A stretch of DNA of 64,000 bases, from positions 3,732,829-3,796,828 of the forward strand of contig CM074807.1 in NCBI GenBank assembly GCA_037447605.1. Reading direction: 5' to 3'. The DNA comes from Zygnema circumcarinatum SAG 698-1b (Eukaryota; Plantae; Zygnematophyceae). Under the pieces are notes generated by a model that was not told the DNA's origin, did no database searches, and saw nothing but the letters and a program-made list of their open reading frames with translations. A program made the position numbers and the translations under genes. Of this stretch, positions 1 to 11,896 are shown piece by piece (position 1 is the first letter of the stretch; each line of letters opens with the position of its first letter).

Positions 1-57
1 ATTCCGCTAACGCCATGACTGTGCGCCTGCAAGTTCAGGCATAGCAATGGAACTTAC

Positions 58-547
58 GCGTCAGATTTTCTGTGTCCTCTTCTAGTTTCTTTGTGTTCAC
101 TGAAGGGCCGGCAGCCGCCGCTTTGTTTGTTCCCGCAGTAACTGCACCCGATAGGCCACGAAAGTGAATTGAGCTCTGTGGCCTTCACAGCAGAGAGGGT
201 GTGCAACGCAACTTGGACGCGCACCAACAGGACGGGGAAGCAGACTCACGCTTGGGCTCTGAAACAAGGCAAACCCTACAATACTGCTCTGAAATGGCGA
301 AATCCAGAACCCGCAAGCATCAATATGCAACTGCTTCCATTGCAAAATTGCGCAAACAGCAGCCAGAACCGTGTGCAGAAGGAAGACAATCTTGAGAGCA
401 AACGCCATCCATACATTTCTTCACCGTCTCGATCGCAGCTCCTGTGCGCCTCGCTTCATTCACAGCCTTGTCGTCCTTCTTCGCCGCCGCGTTGGGCGCT
501 CTCTTCCTGATGACCACCGGCTCCCAGTCCTGCGAGAATTGACTCAT
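58..547 (-). CDS. MBF1: Multiprotein bridging factor 1, 5' part (gene runs off the window start)
   Basis: Exon 547-415 encodes MSQFSQDWEPVVIRKRAPNAAAKKDDKAVNEARRTGAAIETVKK. After a phase-1 GT-AG intron, exon 141-58 encodes FTAGTNKAAAAGPSVNTKKLEEDTENLT and is followed by a GTAAG donor. QDWEPVV and KKL.EETE.L are MBF1 N-terminal motifs. Confidence 0.93.
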
Positions 548-1766
548 TTTCGCCCTCCCTCCTTCGCTGCTTCAGAGCCCGCTTAGTAACCGCTCGGACC
601 GCAATTTGCACTCAAACGTATCTGCTTCCAAATTAGGGAAAATAGAGCGGCGGTGCAGCGGTCGGAAGTTAACCCTAACTTGGTGAGCACTGAGAGGCTG
701 AAGCAGGAACAGGAGCAGGAGCTGGAGCAGGAAGCTGGAGCAGGAGGGGGAGGTAGAGGGAGAGGGAAAGGGAGAGGGGCTTGCAACGCCGTACCTGGGC
801 CAAGGCTTGGAGGGAGGGAGGGAGAGAGGCAGGGAGGCGTATGGGGTGCAAATGGGGTCGAGAAAGAAGGCCCGTTTGGTAATATTAGAAAAGGACATTT
901 CAGGGCCGGCTCGGGACGGTCATCCAAAACAAATATGATTTTCCTGCCCATCGGATCGACAGGCAGAAATAAATTTCAGATTTGGCCCAGCGCGATTATT
1001 TCAATGGACGCGATTGGCGACACCGACCACTCCAAGCGATTTACGCATGCCACGTGGTACTTTGGCATTAATTTGTTTTCTATTACAAATGCAGTGGACG
1101 AAAGGTATCAATTTTTTTCCCATATTCTTTGCTTTTTCCGTACATATGCAAATTCGATTGTCAACAAAAATTGACAATTTGTACGAACTCGTACGGCCTT
1201 TGCCGTACCAATACTGAACTGGACACTGTGGTAATCTCGATATATCATAATATCGTAGAGTAGCGTATTGTATCTCGAAATATTGTATCTTATCATATTG
1301 TTCGTATCGTATAGCTTAGTATCGTCCTTTGCTTCTTGGATTCAATGAGACTCCTGCACAAATTTCCTTCTCTTTTTTGGCTTGCTGCTGCTGCTGCCAG
1401 ACGAGGAGCCAGCCATGGCTGCCGGAAGGCGCCGCTGAAAGTCTGGAGGCCCTACTGCGCGTGCCTCTGCACAATGCCTGGACGAGCGGCCGGTTTCGGA
1501 GCATACGTCGGGCACAGGGACAGCTAGAAGTCAGGAAGGCTTTGCTTGCAGCTCGGTGGCCTTCGGCTTCGCCTCAAGCAGAGTCGCTGATTCCTTCTAG
1601 GAATAATGTTTTAGGGCTACTCTTTTCTCACGGGTGCATCTGGAATAGAAAGCGATGTCTTTCAGATTTGGCACTTGTTCGCCCAGTCTTCCAAGTCGGG
1701 GGGATAGCAAAAGTTTCTGTTCCCTATTGCAGAAGTAATCGAAAGCTGTCTTTGAGGAGCATCACT

Positions 1767-4700
1767 ATGTGGCCGCTATTGGAAGGGATTGTGTCCTTGC
1801 CTCTGTTACTGCTCGGAACAGCATTTGTGAGCTCCTTGTCGCCATAAACTTCGTGCCTGCAAACATCCCTCCCATGAAAAGAACTTGGAACTCATGAACT
1901 TGGTGCGCATCGGCTCTACAATTAAGAGGAATTCAAAAATCAAAATTATGTACGCAAATTAGTCGCAGCTTAGAAGCTTTGAGCTTGCTCACAGTAGAAT
2001 TAAGAAAGGCGAACGAGCCTCCTATTTGTATGTAAATATTTGTAAACCACATGCTCCTAATTGACAGCGTTTGTAGATTTAAGCCTTTTCTTCTCTTTTC
2101 TTGGGTTGATTCTCCTCCGTGCATAATGCAGGCCGTCATTATAGCAGCGTGGATCCTCAGCTATTTTTTCGATTGGTTGTTTGCTCTGGAGAGCAGGTTA
2201 ACGTGAGTCCCCAGAAAAAAAAACTTTGCATCGCCATTCTGCTAAGCCCCGGTGTCGTCTAGCTATTTTCCTATATGACTTTATGGCTCTTTCCACTCAA
2301 TGTCTGCGGAAGAGAAGCTGTTCCGATGTGCATAATTTGTTTTTGCGTGCACTTACCCTCTCGCTTCTGCAGAAAGCACAAAAAGCGTACTATGGACTCT
2401 TTTATGATGCAAGCTTGAAGTATCAGTTTCACATTTCTGTTGTCACTTTGAACTTGTTCTCTGTAACAGGTACACGTCGTTTGTGGAGTATTTGGAAGAC
2501 CCGACTTCTCTGCAAAAGGTTGGACTCCTGACTTTCATAGAATAGTCACTTTGCATTAGCCTCTTTCCTATCGTTTTAGCCGCATTAGGTGTTTTTGCAG
2601 GGAAACGTTTTCTGTCAAATCGCAGATGGTATTCCTTCACCTGATTTTGTTCGTCTGGAACTTGCAGGTTCCTGTACCTTCGGTATTTTCACCGGCAGAG
2701 AAGTACTTGAGTTTAGTTCTCCCCGCCTACAATGAGGAAGATAGGCTGCCTTCTACCCTTGATGTGTCTCTAAGGTGGAGTCCTATTCTTATCTGTTGTA
2801 CAGCATTGTGCTGTGTTTGGTGGCGTGAATTGCTGCTTCCTTAGCTGGTTTTTCGTTTTTCTTGAACCCAATGCAGGGTTATCAAGGGCCGGTCTTCAAT
2901 ATGTTGCGTGTTTTGCAAAAAGACTTGTTGTTTTAACAACTGCATTTTCTGGCTTGCTTCTCATTGTGCTATCATGGCGTTTTCTGTTTCCTGTAGCTAT
3001 TTTATGGTCATCTTTTGGAACTCCCCGTTGGTTTCTGCTTTATTCATGTTCTGTGTTATGATGTTCCTGGCAGATATCTGGAACAGAGATCCAAGCTCGA
3101 TGATGCATTTACTTATGAAGTAGGGATACCTTTCCCCACTTGCTACTTCAAAACAGTGTGACATTGATTGATACCTTACTCTGTGTCTCTCCTTTCTCCT
3201 TTTCCTGATCGAAGCAGCTTTTGTCATTGTGGTTCTAAAATCACTCTGTAGCCTTTGTACCTTGCAGATAGTAGTCGTGGATGATGGAAGCAAAGATGCG
3301 ACTGTAGAGAAAGCATTTGAATATGTGAAGCGGTATGGTATTGATGCCATTCGAGTCATAAAGCAGGGAACTAATCAAGGCAAGGGAGCAGCTGTACGAA
3401 CGGTAAAGTCTCTTGCCTGCTTTGTGTCCACTTTTGGACAGTCGCTCTAACTACGGAGAGGTGCAGTGCTATGACCTTGATGTACAGTTGTTGAAGCCGT
3501 CCGATTTGAATGACTTGAAGAAATTATGTTACTTGATGCCTAGTGGTCTGCTTGCAGGGGATGTTGTGCTCCAGAGGAAAACTAGTCCTGTTTGCTGATT
3601 CCGATGGCGCCACAGAGATTGAGGACTTGGAGAGGCTCGAGACTGAGGTAATCGACTTCTTTTCTGGGATAAGATGTTAACAATCCCGCTGTGATAGTAA
3701 ATCAGCTGTGTCCAGATGCAGTCTTGGGCATGGTTGGCAAATCCTGGATTTAATCAGAAGCAGTGTCACATTCCGGTCCGCGTGGCTGAAGGCGTAACAG
3801 AATGACATAAGTTATCCATGTTAAAGGTTTTAGCGATGAAAATATTAAGTGTCACTGACTCATATTATGAAATTCATAAACGAATGGACTTTTCCCTGAA
3901 CTCTTGTATGGTAGACAGGAAGACTAGACCACCGCTTTTGATGAAACAGCAATAAGTATGATACTGCAAAAAGCTGAAATGACTAAATGCCAAAAATTGG
4001 TCTTGTTTGGAAAGTTTGATTTTCCTTCTGATACCATGGCACTGAGTGGTTCCTATTGGCAGTACCACCGCATTTGCACACGGCTGGTTACAACTGGAGA
4101 GTTGGAAATTCATCTGACTTTTTCTTTTTCAAACACTGTCAAACTTAACTGGTGGAATGCTTGTTGTGCTTATGTTTGCAAGGTATCTTTCAGCTATTAG
4201 AGCTTATGCAGAAGGAGAAAAAAAAGCCAAGGACAGGCGTTGTTGCAAAGGGCAGTCCACAAGAAATCGCACTTGAAGATACTTTAGGAGCAGCCTTTGG
4301 ATCTCGGGCACATTTGGAGAAACAAGCCCTAGCTAAGGTGATTCTCGCTGTTGTTTCTGCCGGCTTGTTTCGTCCTTTGAGGTCATTTTCTCAATTATTA
4401 ATATTGCAGGCAGGATACGTCATGCAATGTACGCTTTGTATCTAGCTTGAATCTGTTTGGTGGAGTCGCTGGGGGGTGTCCTCCCGTCAATCAACATCGT
4501 TATATTTTGTGTTTTGGGTCGGGTTGGTGGCAATTCAGCGGAAATGGTATAGGAACATTTTGATGTTTGGATTTCACTTCTGCGTGCTGCTGGTCGCTGG
4601 CCCGGGCATTCGAGACACACAGGTATGGCCTCTTTCTGTGTCAGAGACTTGATAAATTGGTCAGCAGATACAGCAGAAAGACCCTCCTGCTGTACAACTG

Positions 4701-5654
4701 CTCAAGGGCTGATGCTGCATCTCTCTCATGGACCTTCACTAAGTTACAAGGAAGTCGTATTTCTTTACGAAGACGTCATTTTTTGAGCGCGCTTTTCAGC
4801 TTGTCAGGCTGTGGTGAAGTATCTAGCTGGCAGATCCTTAAGAATCAAGAAATTCCCTTTCGTCGGTTGACAGTGTGGAAATCGAAGATTCAGCTTCATT
4901 TTTTAATAACTCAATCTTTTTTTCCCACTTCAGTTTGTAAGCTTTAAAATGTGAGGCATTTATCTTCCAAGTTGCTTTGGTGGTGGTAGTGTCACTTTCA
5001 TATCCTTTAGAAACTAAAGGATATGTCTGAACGATGCAGTGCGGCTTCAAAATGTTTACGCGTGCTGCTGTCCGCCGACTGTCTCCCAACCAGAGACTGA
5101 ACCGGTAAGCAATCATTTTTTTCATATCTCTTTCTCCCCCCCTCTCTCTCACACACACACACACACACACAAGCACACACACATAGCTATTCCTTGGTAA
5201 GCCATGTAAATTCTCTGAGCCTTTTGCTCCCCACGCACATAATCTTCTCGTTTTCAAAGGTTGACCGATGCTAATGGAGTGTGAAGTGATAAAAACAGTC
5301 ACACAGGAAGCGTGCGGATTTCATAATGCTGTGGAAGCTTGGACGGGCCGGAATCTAAAGTCACTAGGAGTTTGAAAGTGAACATACTGAACAAATGGTA
5401 TTAACAACTTTGTAATGCCCAGTTGATGTTGTTGTTGTGGAATCACTTCATGCAGGTGGTGCTTTGATGTAGAACTTGTATACCTCTGCAGGCGCGTGAA
5501 CATTCCCATGAAAGAAGTGCAAGTGAATTGGACAGAGATCCCGGGGTCAAAGATCAAATTTACGAGCATCATACACATGCTCTTGGAACTTGCTCTCATT
5601 CGCTTCGGATACGGCTTGGGACTATGGAAGATCCGTTTGAACCTTGAGGAATAG
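1767..5654 (+). CDS. ALG5: Dolichyl-phosphate beta-glucosyltransferase (GT2), 11 exons
   Basis: Phase-consistent exons: 1767-1826, 2132-2196, 2470-2518, 2668-2774, 3074-3119, 3268-3402, 3558-3647, 4194-4337, 4539-4622, 5040-5104, 5456-5654. Motifs: N-terminal TM, LSLVLPAYNEEDRL, VVDDGSKD, NQGKGAAV, FADSDGAT, AFGSRAHL, GIRDTQCGFKMF, RWCFDVEL, WTEIPGSK. Exon 1 is the least certain. Confidence 0.93.
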
Positions 5655-6816
5655 CAGCAAGAACGGGGAAGGCTGCTTTCAGCTTCTTCTTTCTTCTTCT
5701 TTCTTCTTCTTCTTTCTTACCGACAAGGTATCAAGTGGACGCCTCACTGGAACCCATTTGTTGACGGAGGTTTTGACATCCTCCTATGCAAGCAACATGG
5801 GTCTTAAAGGATGGCTCTCCTTTTCCTTCTTCTCGATCTTCCCCGCTTTCCTCTCTTGCAGTGCCGTTTTCTGTGCCACAATCTCTGAACAGCTGAGAAT
5901 GTGCGTCGGAACCCCTTTTTTATGGGGACGCCCATCATATTGTTAGGATATTGAGCAGCAGGTTCAACAACATGAAGCTGAGTTTCTTTTTCTGAACCCT
6001 CATGGGTGCACTTGATGCTTTGAAAGAGTCATGCTCATGTTGGGTTACGTCCCTCACCTTAGGGTTAGGTCTCACTATGAGGGCGGCTGGGCGAAAATCT
6101 TCGAACTCGAACGAGAATGTCAACCGGGTGCAGGCAGGAGTGGACTTAGGGAGCGGGTTTTTAAACCCCATTTGTCTCACAATGGGAAGTTTCGAATGGC
6201 AAATGTCAACTTAAAAACTTAAGGTAATGTATGATACCTGGCTACATACCATTGGTGTACCCCAAAATGCCAATGCGCAATCCAGAACGAGCAGAGGGGT
6301 CCAGCCAACCGTGAACTTCCTATGCCCAGTGGCCATGCCATTCTATGGCGCGGTTCCAGGTCCGCCCTCACCCGGAGGCAAAGCCAGGCCCGCGCGAGGC
6401 TCAACTGGATTGAACTGAACTGCGTGTGAAAACTGAAGTTTGAGCCACCGCTCCGGCCGCTGTCCGCCCTCCGAGTCCCGACTAGGTGTGGCAAAAGTCC
6501 GTAAAAGCGACTTTTAGAGTTTTAGATTTCAGAACTAGAACGCTCTATAATTTAAAAGTTTCAGAGATTTAAACCACTTTTAGATTCGGAGTTCAATATA
6601 TCATCCCCTCTCTTTTAGATTGGTCATACGACCTTAAAAAATGAACAAAACGTATGGTCGTACAAATACTGTAGCGAATTGGCGCTGGCACGTTAGAGGC
6701 TGCCGTACGACCTTGTTGCCTTACGTTGTACGTCCCTCCTAAAAGTGATATAAAACGGCCTGTTGATTGGAATTCTAATACACGACACTGCGTTATAATA
6801 TCAGAGAGATGGAAGT

Positions 6817-6960
6817 GCCATTGATCTCACGATGGCGATGATGCCATCAGATGTACATGGACAAAATCTTCATGAGGAACCATGAGGAACTGGTCGCTCA
6901 GGAGTCAGGACCCTAAGCTCAAAAAAAAAAAGCTAAGAGCGGAAAGCTTCGCCTAGGCGC
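6817..6960. repeat. Dispersed repeat family, copy A
   Basis: Shares CATTGATCTCACGATGGCG...ATGTACATGGACAAA...GAACCAYGAGGA..GGTC..A.GGAC...A-run AGCT with the copies at about 30.4, 33.3 and 61.8 kb. Confidence 0.7.
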
Positions 6961-7921
6961 AAACAACGCATCAAGCCCTCCCTCGAAGCAGCCGCGAAGG
7001 TCGCCGAATATTGTCCATCCCCTACTACTCCCGAGACGCGACAAAAGTTTCTGTCTTGTCCGGTCCGGTCCGGTCTAGGGACGATTCGTGTGACGGCTGA
7101 CAGCCGGCCGTACGGTTCTGTGCGTCGCCGAGTCCGCCTGTAGAGGTGGTCATTAGAGGGTCGCCGGAATTTCCTCGGAATCAACTGTCGCAGTCAGGAG
7201 CACACAAGTGGAAGTCAGACCTTGACCATCGCTTACGAAATTGCCGAATTCCATATACTAAAGGTACTCATTTCGATTGCAGAATTTGGTTCGGAAACCG
7301 CGGCTCCCCCGAACCTGTCTGTCCCGTCCGTACTACGAAATGGCCTACGAAAAGAGCCCCAAATAAGGCGATTCAGCACGCCCAAACGCAAGCCCTCCTC
7401 TGGGAGAGTTGGATTTGGGAATTCTGAGTTAAAGTGACATTGTGGAGATTTGAGAAGAAAGGAGGTGTGATGTGGTGATCCCAATGATGAGAATGTGCTG
7501 ATGCAATTCTGATGGAGTTGGAGTGAGATTATCCGATGAATGAGGAGAGGATGCTGGCAGAAACGTCAAGACACTTGGTTATAAGTGACAAGTTAAGCAC
7601 ACACACAGCCTTATTCTATCACCTAAATCTTTCCCCTAAACGCTAAATAATAGCCCCGAGCTATTCCAGTACCCCACCACCTCCACTCAACCTCCAGCAC
7701 AAGCGCAGACAGAAGGGGAGAATTCCGCCGCTACCCGCCCGCCAACCCCTGCCTGCATCGGGCCTCTAACCGCCACGTGGGGGTCCCAGTTTGGCTGCTC
7801 CTTCGGCTCAGCCAAGCCAGAGGCATCCCATGCCTCTCGGCCCCACAATAAGCGCACAACAATAGATTAGAATACAATATATCCCACACTTTTGTACCGC
7901 GATTTGTACACCGACAGCAGT

Positions 7922-9577
7922 TTACTCCATCAGCCAAGCGAGCCACTCGTTCCCATCCTCCGCCCCCAACACATCGAATGCATTCAGCGGCTGCCGCCCC
8001 GCGCAGGGGGACGGCGGCTCGCGGTCTGCTCCCCTCCTCCCGTCGGAGTATGCGGAGGAGGTCTGGGAGGGGGCTTGAGGGGGACATTCGGGAAACCAAT
8101 CTTGAATGTAAGAGAGCTGCTGCTCGACAGAGGCTGCCAGCTCCTCTAGTACACTGTTGATTTCTAATAGGGACGATGTTTGGAGGTGCCAATCAACAGG
8201 TGGGGCTCTTGCATCACTCTCTCTGTTGTTGCTTTCAAAGGACGAAGCAAGCGCCGCCAGTGTAGTGGGCCCCACATCTACTGCCGGATGCATTGTCTCC
8301 ATGCTGTCTTCAGAGGAGAAGGAGCTGAGGGAGGGGCAGTAAAATGAGTCACTTATGCTCGGCTCGGAGGAATCACAAGCATAGCTACTGCTCGTTTCTA
8401 GGACAGAAGATTGATGTTTGGTAAAATTCCCAATCATATTGTCTGCCTGGGCAGGCTCCGTACCCCCAGCGATGAATCTCTCCTCTACTCCATCGCCAGT
8501 CCCCTCCGTAACTGAGCTATCTCCGCTCTCAAGCGAGTTCGAGCTCTCGATCTGACGACTCCCACCCTTCTCAACAAAACCCTGCTGCGACTGAATAGAA
8601 CCGCCAGCCATGGCTCCAATCTGCTTAATCCTCTGCACCCAGCTCCCACCTTCAGAACCCACGCCTTCCACATCTGCTAGCTTTCCCCACTCGCCCGCCC
8701 CCCGAGTGGGCCTCCTCTGAACCTGCCCCACTGGGCCTCCCCCTCCCCCTCCCCCTCCCCCTCCCCTTGTCCCAGCCCCCCTCCCTCCCCTCCTGAAGAA
8801 GTTGGTGCGCGCAGCGCAGCCATAGATCCGCCACGCGGCGTCGTCGTAGGCCTGCGCCGCCTTCTCCGGCGCGTTGTGCGTTCCGAGCCAAAGGCGGAGG
8901 CCGCGCGACACGTCCTTGAGCTCCGCCGTCCACTTCCCCGGGGACCGCAGCCGCACGCCCTTGTAGCGCCGCCGGGGGGGGGCCGGGGGCGGGGACGAGA
9001 AGGGGAGGGGGAGGGGGAGGGGGAGGGCGGGCGCGGAGGGGCCGGGGCGGCTCCTCTTGAAGAGGGCGACCATGGCGGCTCCCACGTGCGATATGTTGCG
9101 CTTGGCGCCGGGCGCTACAGGAGGCGGTGGGGGGGCGGCTGTAGCGCGGCGGCGCGCGTGGAGGCAATTGCGGGAGGGGGCGGAGGGGGGGGAGGCGGCG
9201 GCGGCGGCCCCGCACGCGGAGGGAGGGGCGGAGAGGAGGGAGGCGGGGAGGGAGGCTATGAGAGCGCGGAACTCGGCCAGGTCAAGGTGGTGCGCGGGCA
9301 TGGCGGGCGGGCGAGGGAGGGAGGGAGGGAGGGAGGGAGGGAGGGAGGGAGGGCAAGCGAGAGGGAGTGGGATTGTGAGAGATGGAGAGGATGGGAGGGA
9401 GGGGGCTGACGGCAGCCCAAGAACAAGACTTGCACGATCGGCGGTGGACAGGTGGTAGCCGTACGGTACGGTGTGCCGCATGATGAGGCGACTTTCAGGA
9501 AGCAGGGCTCGTCGGGGGGGGGGGGGGGGGGGGGGGGGNNNNNNNNNNGGGGGGGGAGGACGTAGATCTGGATCCAC
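7922..9577 (-). CDS. Intronless AP2/ERF transcription factor with one divergent AP2 domain
   Basis: AP2 domain at about 8797-8972: RRRYKGVRLRSPGKWTAELKDVSRGLRLWLGTHNAPEKAAQAYDDAAWRIYGCAARTNF. Pro-rich N-terminus, Ser-rich middle, acidic/aromatic C-terminus. The 5' end crosses an N gap, so the start is uncertain. The ATG at 9481 gives 519 aa without crossing the gap. Confidence 0.85.
   Translation of the reverse strand: MDPDLRPPPXXXXPPPPPPPPRRALLPESRLIMRHTVPYGYHLSTADRASLVLGLPSAPSLPSSPSLTIPLPLACPPSLPPSLPPSLPRPPAMPAHHLDLAEFRALIASLPASLLSAPPSACGAAAAASPPSAPSRNCLHARRRATAAPPPPPVAPGAKRNISHVGAAMVALFKRSRPGPSAPALPLPLPLPFSSPPPAPPRRRYKGVRLRSPGKWTAELKDVSRGLRLWLGTHNAPEKAAQAYDDAAWRIYGCAARTNFFRRGGRGAGTRGGGGGGGGGGPVGQVQRRPTRGAGEWGKLADVEGVGSEGGSWVQRIKQIGAMAGGSIQSQQGFVEKGGSRQIESSNSLESGDSSVTEGTGDGVEERFIAGGTEPAQADNMIGNFTKHQSSVLETSSSYACDSSEPSISDSFYCPSLSSFSSEDSMETMHPAVDVGPTTLAALASSFESNNRESDARAPPVDWHLQTSSLLEINSVLEELAASVEQQLSYIQDWFPECPPQAPSQTSSAYSDGRRGADREPPSPCAGRQPLNAFDVLGAEDGNEWLAWLME
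9539..9548. other. Assembly gap (10 N) inside a poly-G run
   Basis: Ten Ns flanked by G homopolymer. Confidence 0.99.
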
Positions 9578-10729
9578 GTCATAAATGGCGTCATTCCGAG
9601 CATGCGATGTCAGAGATGAACGCGGCGGATCTTGCGGGCCAATGGGAAATGGTCGGCGGACGCGGTTGTTTTGTCGTTTTTTTTAAGCGACAAATTTAAA
9701 ACGACAAGCGCCGCTGTCACCCCATGGAGCAGTAAGCTGGCAGGCGGATGAGCAGGAACACGTGGTAGACCGTACAGTTCCCGCGTTGCGACAATTGACT
9801 TACTATGTCCATGTGATTACACGACAAAACAAAACTACAAAACGGAAGTACGGTGCTGTAACTGGCCATAGAAATTTGTCGGACCCAGCATAAAAAAGAC
9901 AAAACGTGAATGGCTGTTTATGTGCCATCATGCAGTTTTTGTCTTTTTTTTCGTTGGTACGTTACGAATCTGAATGTGGCGGAGTCGTTTGTCCTGAGCG
10001 CGCCGCGTTGTTCTAATTTTCGTTATGTTCGACGATAGCGCTCCAGAACTGAAATGACGCGCAGCTTAGAATGGCGATAAAATCTGCGGCCTAGCCCAAT
10101 CAGCGTGCAGGGGCAAGATCTGAAGTGGTCACTTTCAGGGTCTCAACCAATCAGAGCCATTTCCGTTCCAGATTCTTGTCCGATATTGTACGGACAGATG
10201 CATGGCGCAGGGCAGGAACGGCCAAATGAAGATCGCGTTAAGGGCACAGCGGAGAGGCGCGTAAAACTTATCTGGATGCGTCACGTGACATAAGCGACAA
10301 AGTTTTGACCGCTGAATTCCCGTATGCGAGATTTGCGGACAGGCGGGCACGCGTGATTTTCTATGCCAGTTGGCGTGGCACAAACGGGATATTTCGAAAA
10401 CACGGGAACGAAAATATACACGGAAACGCCGCTAGTTTTGACGCTGCAATTTGACCGTTGGATTTCCGCCTGCGAATTTTTGGAGCTTCGGTCCTGGACC
10501 CGCCGGTGACGCCACTTTCTCGCACCTGTGAAGGTCGTAAGTAGGGATGGCCCATGTAAATTTGATGGCCTCGCCATCGCGAGTTCAATGAAAGTTTGCG
10601 TTGCGATGGCCCGCGTTACAAATTCCGAATATATTATATAATTTACAACGGGTTTAAAATTAGTAATATATTTCAAAGTAAAACACTTTATTACATATAT
10701 TATACCCACTCGTTTTGAACAATTACGGA

Positions 10730-10877
10730 CCGTACGACCGTACGACCGTACGACCGTACGGTCGTACAATACCAAAATTAGGTCGTTTTGGCGTTGGCGT
10801 TGCGAAATGCGTTCGTCTGGTTTTGTCTGTCTGCTCGTGCTCGGGCCGCATAATACCGTACGACCGTACGACCGTAC
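10730..10877. repeat. 8-bp-period CCGTACGA arrays (5 + 3 GTAC cores), including a 20-bp palindrome
   Basis: GTAC at 10732, 10740, 10748, 10756, 10764 and at 10858, 10866, 10874. GTACGACCGTACGGTCGTAC (10748-10767) is a perfect palindrome. Confidence 0.9.
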
Positions 10878-10912
10878 ATGTTGTAAAGGCGTTGTAAATT
10901 AATATATATCAG

Positions 10913-11797
10913 CAGGCCTCTTCAAATAGGGGAGATCCCCTAAATATCGTAAATAGCTTATTTATGTAAGATTTTGAGATTAGTTTACGTGATTTCAACT
11001 TAAATACCACACAAGCCCCAAAAAAGCATTTTTTGGGTTAAAAACAAAAAGGAAATGAATTGCATTTGCAACCACGATAGCAATGATGTATATGAACTTT
11101 ACTTGTTGGTATAACAACACGGCTTTAGAAACTGGTGCAACTTCTTCGACTCTCATAGATTGGTAAATTTTACCAATCAATTAGAACAACTGTGCATTTG
11201 GCAATCACAACATATAGTTGCTTATTCAAAAACCCAATTGCACTGAAACTTTGTAGATCCAATCCTAAGCTCTCTATTTCCTTTTCCATCCATCATTAAT
11301 TACTCCAAGTATCACTTTAGAATCCATCATAGTCTTGAAATTTCCTCACAAAAACTCTATTCCAAATCATAACCTCTGAAATTCTAGGTGTAGTCACAAA
11401 AGAAAAACTGAAATAGGAACTAAAATTAGAAATGAAATGAAAAATGGTCTCACTCCCTTAAGTGTTTTAGGCTGATCAAGACAGCTATAGGAGTGATGCA
11501 AACTACTCAAAGAGACCCTCGAAGAGCGGTCAAACTATCAAACTGTTTACAGTGAAGAATGCCTTCCAATGAAAAGTCTGTCAACCTCTTTCGAAACTCG
11601 TCTTTCTCCCATCCAATTACTGAAAAGTCAGACTCGACGGTAACAGTGTTGGGAAATGATGAAGCAAGGTCTCCACAAAATTCTCGTCCGTACGTGCACG
11701 GTTTCGTCCGTACAGTCCATATTTACGTGTTTTTACAAAACCAAGTTAGGGGACAGTCCCCTATCTTAAGCCGAAATCCCCTATTTGAAGAGGCCTG
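10913..11797. mobile_element. Non-autonomous hAT element nested in the outer hAT
   Basis: Perfect 21-bp TIR CAGGCCTCTTCAAATAGGGGA / TCCCCTATTTGAAGAGGCCTG. The 8-bp flanks TATATCAG (10905-10912) and AATATCAG (11798-11805) match at 7 of 8 positions. AT-rich interior. Confidence 0.88.
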
Positions 11798-11896
11798 AAT
11801 ATCAGCCGTTATCTAGTCGTCACAGTTGTATAATATAATATATATTATATAGTCGTAACTAATCCATCCCTAGTCGTAAGGTACAGTTTGGACATA

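Larger units (their letters stand above)
10542..11872. mobile_element. Non-autonomous hAT element (outer)
   Basis: Terminal inverted repeats TAGGGATGG (10542-10550) and CCATCCCTA (11864-11872), an Ac/Ds-type terminus. Perfect 8-bp TSD GTCGTAAG at 10534-10541 and 11873-11880. No transposase ORF recognised. Confidence 0.88.

Noticed and set aside
653-1174. 173-aa plus-strand ORF in the MBF1/ALG5 interval
   Set aside because: Derived from CAGGAG and GGGAGA repeats in the MBF1 upstream region, with no recognisable domain.
1190-1325. TATCG/TATTG-rich stretch and GTAC cluster
   Set aside because: No TIR, TSD or fixed period was found, so I treat it as degenerate low-complexity DNA.
6480-7450. TE-like segment with TAGG-type starts and GTCCG/CCGAAC motifs
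   Set aside because: I could not pair any termini or find a TSD, and no transposase similarity was visible.
7484-7515. ATGATGA...CTGA with a CCA/TGG stem
   Set aside because: Only about 35 nt, too short for a C/D snoRNA.
8652-9603. Several overlapping 115-187 aa ORFs around the AP2 gene
   Set aside because: Alternative and antisense frames of extremely GC-rich coding DNA that is poor in stop codons.
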